A DNA stretch of 64,000 nt from Octopus sinensis (Eukaryota): the NCBI RefSeq assembly GCF_006345805.1, contig NC_043000.1:126728001-126792000 (forward strand), written 5' to 3'. Positions 12,110-26,616 of the stretch are shown in pieces. The notes beneath the pieces are model-generated. The model ran no database searches and was not told where the DNA came from. It saw only the letters and a program-made list of their open reading frames with translations. Position 1 is the stretch's first letter. Each line of letters opens with the position of its first letter. The translations under genes were made by a program, and so were the position numbers.

Positions 12110-12769
12110 GTGTGTGTGTATGTATGTATATATATATATGACTAGCTTCTTTCAGTTTCCATCTACCAAATCCACTCACAAGGTTTTGGTTGGTCAAGGT
12201 GCCACATAGTGGGAATGAACCCAGAACAAATTTATTTATTAATGTATTTTTTAAAATTTCCATTTTGACACGTGTTTTTGATGGATAACTGTCCTAGTGC
12301 CCTTTGATATGCAAATACGTGCATTTAGTTGATTTATATTAAGTCAATTGCAACACATTCAAATCTAAAAGTTGGCAATCTTGTGCAGCTTATGTGATTA
12401 GCCAGATCTGGATTGTATCAAATTGCTCATATGATACCTGCCCAGATTTTACATCCCTATTCCTTAATGTTATGAGTGTGTGTATGTGTGTGTGTGTGTG
12501 CATGTGTGTCTGCATGCATGCATGTGTGCATGCACATGCTCATGTGTATTTGTCTGCATTCGTGCTCTGCAACAGTCACTATGAGGTAGGTGTTATTGTT
12601 GTCTCTTCTATCAATATCTTGTCTGCTCACTTAATGACTTCTTAGTTGTGTGACTTAAGAGAGCTGTTACTTAAAATCAAGTAAGTGTTAGTGACAGGAA
12701 GGACATCCAGCTGTAAAATTATACCTTAATAATGTATTTGTCTAATCTCTATTCTTTTCTACTCTAGGC

Positions 12770-12946
12770 ACAAGGTCCGAAATTTTGTGGGGAGGGGACC
12801 AGTCAATTAGATTGAGTCCAGTATGCAACTGAAAGGATGAAAGGCAAAGTCGACCTTGGCAGAATTTGAACTCAGAACATAAGGACAGATGAAATATTGC
12901 TAAGCATTTCGCCCGGTGTGCTAACGTTTCTGCCAGCTCGCCGCCT
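12770..12946 (-). mobile_element. SINE family B
   Basis: GAAAGGATGAAAGGCAAAGTCGACC..GAATTTGAACTCAGAAC core. Confidence 0.8.
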
Positions 12947-15900
12947 GTTAATCTATATTAGAACGCCTTCTAATCTATATTAGAACGGAAAAAATGAGGG
13001 TAAAACAAATAAATGAACCTGATGCAGTAAGTTAATAAATTTTAAATCAATTAAAACTACACCTTTAAAAAAAGCAGGGGAGACAAGTCTGACAGTTTAA
13101 TTAATTAAGATTAATTAAATGTAGAATGTTTTGGGGAAGTAAGTTTGATCTTTAGCACTACATTGACCACACAGTGGACATGTTCTGTATACCAAGTATG
13201 TGAGCACCAATTTTTACTATTAAGTTTTCATGTAGCAGGAGTCCCTGAGTATTTTTTTCTCAGATATCCAATAACTAATTTACTAACAGGGCAAGGTCAT
13301 TACCAAGGAGCTGTGATGTAAGAAGATCTCTAAAGTTCTACATCTAAACAAAACTGAATTTCTCCATAACAATAGTAACCAAACTCCAATCTGCCAATCA
13401 CCTTTAAGGAAATGATTGAGAACTTTGTTTCATTACCATTTTTTTTTTCCTACTGTATTCATTTCTGCATTACCAGAAGTAACAGATTACATAAACAAGC
13501 AATCATAGCGCAGTTTCTGGACCTGAATTTAAACTTTGCTACAATTCTTGTATCATGCTCCCAGGCTGGCATACATTAAACCATTACTCAGCTTTCTCAT
13601 TTAGACAGATTGACAGCGGATAACATTCCTACTTCATGGTTGAGTGATCAGCAGTCGTGAAGGCATTCACTTGACACAACAATATGCAAGTATCCTAATT
13701 TACAAAAGCCATTCTACCAACGCACGCATGCATAAATGGATATAAAACAAACATAAAAATTATAACAAAATTTTATTAAAAAAAGAAAACTCCAAAAAAC
13801 GCAGGTTCAGCTTCTGTAGGATTTTGGATTGGCAATTGATGGCAAACAGTTCTGAAATAACCCCAATTACCAGAGAGAAAAGTAAATAAATAAATAGAAA
13901 AATAAATAAATGAAAGAAATAGATAAGAAAAATAAATAAAAAGAAAACTAAATATCTATAAAAAATATTAAAACTATTTCAAGCAAACCTAAAAAGGGAA
14001 AAGGAACAGCTCAGTAAAATTAACTGACGAAATTGTTTTCTCAGAAAACAGTTTTATTTTTCTAATAAATTTTGGTTTTATTGCATAAAATGTACTCAAT
14101 TCCGTGTTTTAGTATAAAGGATAATAAACAACAACAAAACATATCCCTTTTGAAGCAAATAGCAATGTAATAGATGTGGGAATTTTTATCTATTTGATAT
14201 CATATTGTGGAATGAATATTACACATTGCTGTATCATATTGTTTCCAAATGAGTTTTGGAGGTTAGGGGAGCTATTTGAGGAAGCAAAGGAAAATAAATC
14301 CACACGAAAAAGCAATACACATAATGCTGGAAGATTTAGGGAATTTAAGGGGGAATAAAGAGGAAATTGCCAACAAAAACAAGAGAATGGAATGGAGAAA
14401 GAATGAACAGACAAAAATAAGATAGTTGCAGTTAAGAGCAAAAAGAACAGTTATGAGGAAAAGAATGAGCATTTTTCAATATCACTTTTTCAGCCATCAG
14501 GCAAAATTTAATTAACCAATATAATGAGTTTATTTATATACTACTTTTAATTTTCAATGAATTTCAAAATATGTTGGTTTCTGAATTTAATTTAATTATA
14601 TTTATTTATTTTTATTTTACTATTTTATTTACTTATTCATATTTATTTTTTTATTTATCTATATTTATTTTATTTACTATTATATTTATTTATAAATCAT
14701 TTACTTTGGAATTTTTGGTGATTGGAATTTATATATTTATTTATGTTGAAAGAAATTTTAATTGTTGTGTGTGTCTGTCAGTTTTATTTAATTATTTCTT
14801 TTGTTATATTTTTTATCTTTTTTAGAATTACTGCTTGAAATATGAAAAATGACATTTGTCTAAAATTACGATGACGATATATTGTCGATGCTTGTTGTTA
14901 TGCTACTGATGATAACATTGGTTGTATTACTATTTTAGGCAAAAATTAAGCACAATGTTGAGAGATACACTAAATTTAATTTTTTGTATGTTCATTTTCA
15001 TTAGTATCTGTAAAATTAATGAATAAAACAAATGAACCAAACATTATATTTATTTATTGATTACTTTTTTTGTACCAATTCTGAATTAATACTTTAACAA
15101 CATAAAAAAATACACAAACAAAAAAAATTAATGAATTCTTAACTCACTCTTCTTAACAATTAGCAAATGAAGAGTAATTAATAATGTAAAACGACAAAAA
15201 CCAAAAAAAATGTATCAAATCGCAGTTATTACAATAATCAACATTTGTTTCCATTCTCAATATTTCAATGAATATTTCCTATATTAGATGGAATTGTATT
15301 TCCTTTTGCAGTATCTGTGTATGAGATTGCGTGGCAAAAAGGAAGAGTCACTGAAAGCGGTAGGGGAGAAAGTGGTGTCGGTCTTGTTTTATCTTTACAC
15401 TGAAATAATCAAAGAGAAAGGTCTAGATGTCTAGATCAATAGTTGTCTCGAAATCTTGTTATAGAAAAGAAGATGGGTCAAAGAATTTTCGAAGAAGTTA
15501 AGTCTAATTGAGATAGCTTTCATAACTGATATCTTACAACTTGATATGCTATCTTCTTGCCTAAAAATAACCTTCAGACTCAACTAAAGTTATATATCTT
15601 ATGGTCTGTTGTTCATTGAAATCTAATTTGTTCATTTGAGAATTCAATGTTAATATGTAACAGATATTTAAGAGAAATTTAAGGTTCAAGAATCAAACAT
15701 ATTCAATTTAAGGCAAATGTATTCAATTTAAAGGCCGTAGTTAATTAACTCATTGCTTTTGTTTATAAGAGTTGGTGATGAAAGACAGACAATATGCTAG
15801 CCTTACTGTAGACGAAAAGTATCTATTGATTCTTGTAAATATATGTTTATGAACTATGATGTACATACTTGTATGTATGTACATATATATATAGTGAAAA

Positions 15901-15961
15901 TTTTGGAATATATTGCAGCCTGCTGTTTACATTAATTATTTATACATAGGAGGTCTTGCAA

Positions 15962-15996
<35 letters not shown>

Positions 15997-16159
15997 CATA
16001 CATACATACATATTGTTTATGCCATAAGAATTTAGAGACTTTAAGAATTATGAAATAAATCGCTTTTAATGGAAAAATTCAAAGTAGATAAAGCAATAGA
16101 TATTAGAGTGAAGAATATTGGGCTAAAAAAGCTCCTTATATGGAAAAAACATCTATTTG

Positions 16160-16235
<76 letters not shown>

Positions 16236-16610
16236 TATAGATATATATATATCTTTATATATTCATACACACACATACACACACACACACGCACAAATCA
16301 TCATCATTTGGCATGTCATCTATGCTGGCATGAATGGACAGTTCTAACTTGTCAGAAGCCAGTGCCATCGTCCAATACCTGCTTTGGCATGGCTTCTATA
16401 GACAGATGCCCTTCCTAATGCCAATCAATTCAGAGAGTGTACTGGGTTTCTTTTTTTCTGTGTAGCACCAGTACTGGTAAGGTTACTTTGCATCTTTCAA
16501 GACTAAGGGCCTAAAGTGGTTGCAATAATTGAAAGAGAACAGAAGAAAGAGAGAGAGAGAGAGAGAGTGCAATGATTTTTAGGTGAAATGACGAGAGAGA
16601 GTAAAGTAAG

Positions 16611-16930
16611 AGTGTCGGGCTCACAATCATGAGGTAGTGAGTTCAATTCTTGGCCTGGGCTGTGCATTGTGTTCTTAATCAAGAAACTTTATTTCACATT
16701 ATTCCAGTTTACCCAGCTGTAGAAATGAGTTGCGACATCATTGGTACCAAGTTGTATCAGCCATTGCCGTTCCCTTGGATAACATTGGTGGCATGGAGAG
16801 GTGAGGCTGGCATGCATGGGGGTCTGCTGGTCTTCCATAAAAACAGCTTTGCCCAGACTTGTATCTTGGAGGAGAACTTTCTAGGTGCAATCCCATGGTC
16901 ATTCACGACTGAAGGAGCTCTTTACTACAG
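16611..16930 (+). mobile_element. tRNA-headed SINE, family C-related
   Basis: B-box GAGTTCAATTCT; body homologous to 63440-63670. Confidence 0.65.
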
Positions 16931-17606
16931 TAGCAAAAGTGACAGCAGAGCTAAACCACCCCCTGGTAACATAGTGCCAACAAACGTTGTTTGTTGTGAG
17001 CTCCATATAAAGTTGGATACCATAGGAGTGCTGTAACTACCAAACATCTCCTTTTTTCCCGTCAACAATAGCATATGGGAAAAAGATGGCGTCTAGACTA
17101 TTGGAAGTAGTCAATGGCTCAAAATATCATTTACTCTGAAGATACATTTATATACACATATATATATATTTATATATAATTGTGTGTGTGTGTGTATGTG
17201 CCTATATAAATAGGTGTGTATATATTCATGTGTGTATGTACATGTGCATGTGTGTGTAGGGGTGTATTTTCTTGAAATTTTATATATTGTTGGAGAAAGT
17301 TATTCCTTACGGTGATGATGATTCAGTATGTAACCACTCAGTTGTGAAATCGATTCAGATCTAGTTACCAGTGGAATAGAACAAGGAAAAGCATCGTAAC
17401 ACCTTTTTTTGACAAGATCATGACACACAAGCTATTGTAAGATTTTTAGTTTGTGACTTACAGCTGCAAGGGAAGTAAGAAAAAACTTTTGCAACTTTAA
17501 AAATATTCTACATACATACATATGTATATATATATATATATATGTATATAAATATATATATATACACATACATATATATATATATTTGTATATATATATA
17601 TATTAT

Positions 17607-17652
<46 letters not shown>

Positions 17653-17662
17653 TAAATATTCG

Positions 17663-17693
<31 letters not shown>

Positions 17694-17884
17694 TATATAG
17701 AAGGAGCTTCTACAGGACTAGAACTGTTTCATTCAAGAGAAATCTTCAGGAAGCTTCCTGAAGATTTCTCTTGAATGAAACAGTTCTAGTCCTGTAGAAG
17801 CTCCTTCTATATAATAAATTAATTTTACTCTGCTTTGTATTGAGTACCTTATTTACTGTGGTTAACCCCGAATCAACCCGGGAC

Positions 17885-17972
<88 letters not shown>

Positions 17973-18044
17973 CATCACCATCATCATCTAATGTCCGTGT
18001 TCCATACTAGCATGGGTGGGACGGTATGTATGTATATATATATA

Positions 18045-18091
<47 letters not shown>

Positions 18092-19394
18092 GTTTAGATA
18101 GAGAGATGGAAAGAGAGAGTGATAGAGAAGAAGAGATACATACATACATACACATATGTAATACTTGCATATATATGTATGTGTGTGAACACAAATACTC
18201 ACACATATACATATGCACAAATATGCATACATACATACACTCTTAAAAGATTTAATTTTGCTTGAAAATCAAGTCTCAGAAAATAAATGATATAAATACA
18301 CAAACACCATTCTGATTGTTTTAGAAGAATTATCAGATTTTACCACAAATATAAATATTATCAATTTAATTATGAATTCAACCATTAGCATTTCCAAATT
18401 ACCATCAAAATTATTGATTTTAATAGTAACATGAATAATCTTACCATCAGTTTTACAAGATTTTTTATTTTGTTTTGTTACTTTTTTTTTAACCATCAAC
18501 TTAATCAATTTTATCATCATAATTCATCAAATGTCACTCTCATAATTATTGTTTTTTCACTATAAGTATTATCAAGTTTTACCAATTTCATTCATTTAAA
18601 AGAAAATCAATAATGCCACGCAAGAAAAAAAGAAAAGAAAAACATAATAATTATATTGAAAATGTTTAAAACTAAATGAAAGTGAAATCATCAAAGCTAA
18701 ATAATAATATCATGTTAATATTCTATTACTATAAGAAGCACTATAAAGGCTTGCTATGCTAATCTATGTTTTTCATACAAACTAAAGAGGGATACTTAAT
18801 AGTAAATTATGAAACTTGATAAATGTCAGATCATAAGCTATATTGGTATATTAATCATGTCTATTATTAGCAAAATTATCACATTGACCTTCCATGTAGA
18901 TGTGTTTTCATTAAAAGAAATGTATGGTGAACTAGAAATTTGATCTTAAACATAAGAAGAAAGTATAGACAGTGATCAATCATGAGAGGGTGGGTGTGGC
19001 TTGGAAGTGTGTCTGTGATTTTGTTCTTTGATTTATGTGTCTATGATAGTTGTGAGCAGACATAGATATTTTCTGCGTCCTCTCGCCTTTGACCCAATCC
19101 AACATACCAAATGAGAAAGCTAGTGGAAGTGGAAGAGAGGGCAGCAGTAGCACCTGGTTCGTACTCATTACAGGTAAGTGAACAAGAGCAACATGAAATG
19201 AAATATCTTGCTTAAGGTGCTGTCTGTTCCTGGAATTGAACCATCACCTGATTCAGGAATTGAACTCATGACCTTGTGATCATGTGTCAAGTTACCCTAA
19301 CCACTAGGCCAAACTCCTTCACAGTGATAATGCTCTTCTCAGTACATGAGCCATTCCAGTTAACACGACTTTTTGCACTTCCTGTAGGGATGGT

Positions 19395-19520
19395 AAGCCT
19401 GTTATCGTTTTCAAATAGGTTCCAGTACCTTTTTTTTAACATTCCTAGAGATCCTACAATCACTGGTACTGTAGTCACCTTGAGATGCCACATTTTTTCA
19501 GTTTCTATTAGCAGGTCTAT
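19395..19520 (-). mobile_element. R4/Dong-like LINE 3' fragment
   Basis: LLIETEKMWHLKVTTVPVIVGSLGM next to (TAT)n/(TAG)n. Confidence 0.7.
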
Positions 19521-19536
19521 TATTATTATTATTATC

Positions 19537-19571
<35 letters not shown>

Positions 19572-19589
19572 CCAACAGTAACAAAGTTT

Positions 19590-20500
19590 AATGTATTTAG
19601 TGCTCAGATGCATGACAGTGAAAAAGGGTAAATGAAGATACAGAAAGAAGCAATAAGTCAAGTAAAGAAAGACAGAAATGAAAGCCAAACGAGAATGCAT
19701 AGTATATGGAATTAGACAAAAAAAAAAGCACGAAAATAAGAGCAAAAGAGCAATAAAGAGGAAAGTATTGGTGAATTTCAAGAAGTATGGAATTTTTGAA
19801 GGATACTGTGTCTTGACAGCTAAGACCTGATGCTGGTAACTTATTCCATGCTTTGGCAATTCTGAGTGGGAAAAAAGTGTTTCCAAAAGTCATGGGTGCT
19901 GTACAGTTTTGTTAATTTTTTTAAGAATGTCCATGAGTGATAAATGTATTGGATTAAAAAAATGGCAAATATTGTAGCTGGAAACATTGTAGAAATTTTT
20001 TTGGGCTTCTACCAAGTTAGCTACTAGATATTGAAACTTTAGTATGTCAATACCCAGAGAAATAAAATGCTCAATATATGGTATACTGATAGATGGTATA
20101 TATCTGATTGCATGTCTCTGGACAGCTTCCAGCAAATTGATATTCTGGACGACAAGATGAAGGTTTCTAACTAGAGATGTAAACTGTAAGTATGAACATA
20201 CATACCCATATTATAGCTTTAAATAAATAACTGGTTAGTGACTGACAAATGTTTTATACCTTTGGCCATTTGGATGGTTTTAGAAATGTTCATCCAATTC
20301 CAATGCAGATCACTGTTGATAATAATGTTTAGGTCACGTTCACCTACAGCTTTCTTGAGGGAGGTGTTGTGAAGGGAGTAGGTAAATTCCAGGTTCTTTT
20401 CTTCCACAATGTACAGTGATGCACTTGTCTACAGCCAACATATAGCTGCCAGTCAGTAAATAATCTATTGCTGTATTGTGACCGGGTCAGATTATAGGAA
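19590..20500 (-). mobile_element. CR1-clade LINE 3' fragment (ORF2 C-terminus, degraded)
   Basis: LEAVQRHAIRYIP and FFPLRIAKAWNKLP..SFKNSI motifs. Confidence 0.75.
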
Positions 20501-20899
20501 AGATCTATAGCACATAGGATCCGTTCTGTTTATGCCAAAGTACGTTCTTGAAATGCTACTTTCTTCCAAGAATCATGTATAATTTCTAGCATTATTAAAG
20601 AAAATTATGTAATAATCCTATTTGGAGTGGATTATTACATCAGCAGCAATGAATGCAAACCAAAGAAGTTTAAAAAATAAATAACCTGAATAAACAGATG
20701 TTCTTATTTTTATATTTAAATGATATTTATATTTTACTTGATAAAAAGCAATGTAAAAAGTACATTAATTTCAACTATTGCAATTTCTCTTAGAATCAGT
20801 ACGGCATTGTAATTTACATTTTGATTCAATAATTAATCTAAAATTTCATTATTACATTGAAGAATTTATGGTTTTGTGCCTATCATAGAAATGTTTTTT

Positions 20900-21490
20900 T
20901 CATTGTACAATATGTACAAAATATTGGTTATGTTGTTTTTTCTTCTTGTTAACTATCAAGTATTGACAGAAGGTCTCAGATAGGAAATACCTTTCCAAAA
21001 ATATGTGCTGTCCCAAAGAGGGAGATTTATGGAATGCTCATATATCTGTCTTAATGTTCCAGGTGGTATGATAGATTAAAAAAAAAAAATTAACCCTTTG
21101 CTCTGATGATAACCTGTACTACCTTCACTGTTACTGCCAAACATCTGCACATTTTCATTATCTCTATTTTTAAATCAACATATTTTGAAATTTTTTCTAC
21201 TTCTTTGTCTGCAATGTTTTTGCCTGAAGGTATTGCAACGTCTATTATGAAGCATTCTCTATTTTTTTTATGCAAAGCATAATGAATTCTGGTCTACAGT
21301 GTTCCATTGTTCTGTCTGGATTTGAAAATCTCATAGAATTTTGGCTTTACCAGATTAATTTGGAGCCTTATCTAGTACATGATTGTATCACTTGTTTGAA
21401 GTTTTATATCCATATATTTTTACAATGTAACCAGTGTAAATTGAGATGAACATTATCATGGTAGTGCTTATGTTCTTTTTGAGATAACAT
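20900..21490 (-). mobile_element. R4/Dong-like LINE fragment (restriction-like endonuclease region)
   Basis: IIDVAIPSGKNIADKEVEKISKYVDLKIEI. Confidence 0.75.
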
Positions 21491-21889
21491 TTTGCAACCT
21501 CTTATAATCATCATCATCATCATTCAATATCCATTTTTCATGCTGGCATGGGTTGGACAGTTTGACAGGGTTAGCAAACTGGAGAGCTGCACCAGGCACC
21601 ATCTGTCTGTTTTGGCATGATTTCTATGGTTGGATGTCTTTCCTAACACCAACCACTTTGCAGTGTATTGAGTGCTTTTTAAGTGATACTAGTATGGCAG
21701 CTTTTTATGTGGCACCAGCATGGGTGCTTTTAATGAGGTGTCACCATGGGCCTTTTTTTTTACGTGGTACTAGCATGTGTGCTCAATATTTTCCTCCCAT
21801 TGATTACATTGGCAGCACTTGTTCATTGAAGCAGTGTTTAGAGTTTGATTGTGAGAAGCTACAAACAAACTTTCAATTTCATTCTTTAA

Positions 21890-22118
21890 CCCTTTCGTTA
21901 TCATCATTACCATATTTCTGTTGAGATGGTCTGTGTTTCTTTCAATTACTTTAAATATAACAAAGAATTTAGTAAAATAACTTAGTTATCATTAAGCTAG
22001 TGTTAGGAACATAAATTGTGACTAAGGTTTGATGGAAGATTTTAATTTGAAACTTATGAAAACAAAACATTTGTACACAGAGCCAGAGGTGGTTTCAGCC
22101 GGGTTGGTAACAGAAGGG
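21890..22118. mobile_element. piggyBac-type MITE
   Basis: TTAA at both ends (21886-89, 22119-22); TIRs CCCTTTCGTTA / TAACAGAAGGG. Confidence 0.8.
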
Positions 22119-22428
22119 TTAAATCTCCACTCTGGAACCACTTTCCATGATGAGTCAAATTTTCACATTCTAGATATCTGTGGAATTGTCCCTGTAACTA
22201 TTTTTTCTAGTGATTCCTTTCATTCACAAATAATCCTATATTTGATATGTTTTTCTCCTCTTCAAGCTCCACTCAATAAATTTCTTCTCCTCCTCCTCTT
22301 TTTCCTTCTACCACCACCACCACCACCACTACTATTATTATTACTACATCTATTATATGCTTTATTAGTTAGCAAAGATACTGTCATGAAGTTTAGTGAC
22401 AACAAATCTCTTCAAATCTCAAGATTCC

Positions 22429-22717
22429 TGCAGATTGCACTTCTCTGCAAATTGACAATGTGAGACTCAATTCCAGTATCCTTCAGACTCTTAGGTAGCA
22501 GCTGTCATCTTAGTTTTCCACAATCTCTTCACCTCTTTGACTGCTAGGTCCTGATATTTCTTAGTTTCTTTTTCAATTTCTTTGGTAGTATGGCAAAGTC
22601 TGTGATCTTTCAGTTTGTTTCTTTTGTCCAGTATAATTATAGCTAATCTTTTTGATTCAGTTGTATGGCCAGTCTTTATGACTATTACTATTATTATTAT
22701 TATTATTATTATTATTA

Positions 22718-22767
<50 letters not shown>

Positions 22768-22916
22768 TAGATTCTGCCATGGTTGACTTTGCTTTTCATC
22801 CTTTTGGGGTTGATAAAATAAGGATCAGTTGAGCACTGGGGTTGATGTAAAGGACTTACCCCTCTCCTGAACTTACTGGCCTTGTGCCAAATGTTGAAAC
22901 AACAACAACAACAACC

Positions 22917-22931
<15 letters not shown>
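22429..22931 (-). repeat. LINE fragment + microsatellite + SINE B composite, inverted copy of 26617-27098
   Basis: The two copies share the same internal junction and deletion. Confidence 0.8.
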
Positions 22932-22947
<16 letters not shown>

Positions 22948-24548
22948 AAGTGGTGGGCTGGCAGAATTGTTAGAGCATCAGACAAGAATGCTTTGACATT
23001 TCTTCTCTTTACATTTTGAGTTCAAATCCCACCAATGTCAACTTTGCCTTTTATTTGCATTAGAGCATCAGACAAAATACCTAGTGGTATTTAAATATAG
23101 CCCTTTATATTCTGAGTTCAAATCCTGCTGAGATTGACTTTGTCCCTCATCATTTTGGAGTTGATAAAATAATTGACAAATTCCTTGTACTATTTTAAGA
23201 AATTATTATTAATATAATGACAGTATTAAACACTTTTAATACATACACAAATATAGAATGTTATTGGTAGATTGTCAAAAAGGCACAGATGAATTCTGTT
23301 TTTTAATACACCAATCTCTATGGGAAGCTCCCTTTTGACAAAATAATACAGGTAATGTCATTCTACACTTTTATGTTCATTATAAATGTTATGCATATCA
23401 TTATTTTGATTCAACACAGTTTCAAGTGTGTACATTAATTTAATTCTAGCCTGGTCAGTCTTCATGCAAATCCATAAATATTTCATTTAATAATTTCTAT
23501 ATTGGAATAAGCAGATTAGAATGCCTAGTGGATGTTTGCCATTAAGGGGATCAAATCAAGCCAAAACACTGGTGTCTGATGATCTGCTGATAACATTCTG
23601 AGTGAGCTTTATGTTTTTTTACACACAAGTTTCTTTGAGATGCCTCTTAAAGATAAAATATCACAGCTAGTAGGATTCTATATTTATATATACAGTATAA
23701 ATATTATATACATCATTATTCTAATTTAATGTGATTTCAAGTGTATATGTGGAGGTATTATTAATATTATTACCATTATTCAAGATGGTGAATTTGGAAA
23801 ATCATTACAGCATCAGACAGTCTTTATGTTCTGAGTTTAAAACTCACTGAGACAGATTTTGTATGTGAATCTATTAATGAGATAGATAGACTAAGTTCAT
23901 TGCCTGCCTCTGGCCATTATTTTAATGAGAGACTGTTATAATCTAGTGAACCTACTATGAATGAGGTTAAATGTTATTTGGGACTCTTTCTGTTTTGATA
24001 GATTCATTCAGTTTACTTCAGAAAAGGTACAGACATGCTTTAAACAAGTATTGTTTCTTATTTCGTTTTTCTTGCCTATTTCTTTCTTACTCTTCTTTGA
24101 GAAAGGATTCACCCAAAATATCAGTCTACTTCTTTTCATTTTCCTTTTCTTAGAACACTGTGCTCAACATTTTATGATAATTTTCCTTTTGTGTAATTAT
24201 ATTTTGTCCACCTGTTGTAACCTCTCATGTCCATCTGTCTATTTCCTATTCCCCTCATTGCATTTGAGCTGTTTTACTTATTTAAATATGTGTATAATAC
24301 AAGCGATGCTGTTCGTTTCTAGTCTTTTGTGAAAAACATGTCTGACTGAAGGGAAATACTACCCTGCCTCTTAACAGATGAGGGTTGGTGACAGGAAGGA
24401 CATCTGCTCAAAGGAAGTCTGTCACAATGAATCCTATTTGACCCAGGCAAATATAGAAAAGTGGACATTAAAACAATGATGGTACACACACACATACACA
24501 CACACACAAAAACACACACACATGCATGCATGCATGCACACATGTATG

Positions 24549-24587
<39 letters not shown>

Positions 24588-25166
24588 ACACGCACGCACA
24601 AAGTGGAAGCTGCTTATTTTTATCAGGGATAGTATTCTCAACTGGCTATTGAAATCAAAATAATGACTCCCAGAATCTTTATTTATTTGCTGAAAGTTAT
24701 CAGCTTTCAAGTTTGTGCTTGGGCATGTGTCATGTGTGAATATATAAGTGAAAAAATTGGAGTCAACAAGAGGGGTTACGGTTAAACATTTATTTTTTAA
24801 TCACTACAATTGTTTCCCCACAATGTAATTCTCCAAGAGAATTGTGTGTGTGTGTGTGTGTGAAGGTGCACACACACAGGTGTGTGTTAGGTGCTGCATG
24901 CGTAATTGTGAAATCATGGTTTCAATTCCAGGCCATGCATTGCTTTGCATTCTAGAGTAAAGCACTTCATTTCATGTTGCTCTGCAATCATTTCGTCATC
25001 TGACATGTGTCACACGGTACACCTGTACAGGTAATGTCGATTTGATGGAGGGAGTAAGCTTAAGTGTACACAAACATTTGATTACTATAAACAAATCATC
25101 TTGTGTGGTTGTTCAGCAAGAAATTGCTGAACCCTCATACGTCACTTAACAGTAGGAGAGTCAATG

Positions 25167-25203
<37 letters not shown>

Positions 25204-25256
25204 ACAAATTAAAATCCAGAAAATGGAGAAGTATCATTAATATAATTTATTATATC

Positions 25257-25575
25257 ATCATCATCATCATCATCATTTAGCGTCCGTTTTCCATGCTAGC
25301 ATGGGTTGGACGGTTCTACTGGGGTCTGTGAAGCCGGAAGGCTTCATCAGGCCCAGTCAAATCTGGCAGTGTTTCTACGGCTGGATGCCCTTCCTAACGC
25401 CAACCACTCCGTGAGTGCAGTGGGTGCTTTTTACGTGCCACCCGCACTGGTGCCAGACAGAGCTGGCAAACGGCCACGAACGGATGGTGCTTTTTATGTG
25501 CCACCGGCACGAGGGCCAGGCGAGGCTGGCAACGGACACGAAACGGGGCGGTGCTGGCAACGGTCGCGAAACGGA
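25257..25575 (-). mobile_element. Family D retroposon tail with an (ATG)n end and internal ~60-bp units, young and CpG-rich
   Basis: CATCATCAT-TTAGCGTCCGTTTTCCATGCTAGCATGGG start; homologous to 47392-47735. Confidence 0.85.
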
Positions 25576-26495
25576 AAGTTCTCTTATATATTTTATATAA
25601 TTTATATTAATGCTATTCTCCATTTTCTGGATTTTAATTTGAATATTTATAAACCACGATTTACACTTAAACCTATTATTTTAGAAATATTACTATTCAC
25701 AACAAAATAATAGGTAACAAACCAGTAATTCATTGTATATTCTCTATCCCTTAAGGTGGTTATTTTAATCTCTATCTAAATTTATATATATATATAGATA
25801 TAAAGAAGACAGAAAATGGAGAAGTATCGATGAACTACAATTGACTTACATCAATTATTATTTATTAATTGAACACAGATAGATTGTATCTTATCTAACA
25901 GCTGTTTCTGCTTCCAATTTTGTATGCTGCTGCCACTGATATGCTAAAATATTTATCATATTTGATAATAGAACTGATCTGAAACATGGAGCTTCATCAG
26001 AGTGAAGAATAAACAAAGAAGAAGAACATTCTTGATAAACTTATGTTTATCTTTGTCTTTACCTATAATTTATGAGCATAATATGCTTGCATATGTATGC
26101 CCATGGTTAAACATAGGTAATACACCAGTAATGTAATGGATACTTCTATCTCTTAGACGGTTATTTTTAACCTCTAACTCAGCTAACCTTTGATATATAT
26201 AAATACACACACACACATATAAATGCGTCTGTAGCTGTCGATCAAGTAGTGTGGAGCGACTGACCTCCCTTGTTCGAAGGTTATATGGATACAGTTTGTG
26301 TATCAAATAGCTAACTTAAGGCGATGGCCTCATGGAGCTAATAAGCGGACAGCTTTATTCTTATTTTTATAAGAATGCCATATTAGTATGGCGATATATA
26401 AATATATTCATATATATATTCATATATATATATATATATTCATATATGTATAAATATATTCATATATATATATTCATATATGTATAAATATATTC

Positions 26496-26526
<31 letters not shown>

Positions 26527-26616
26527 AATATATACACACACATATATATATATAAATATATAATAACATAATATAGATATATGTATACACACACACACAC
26601 ACATGCACATATATAT

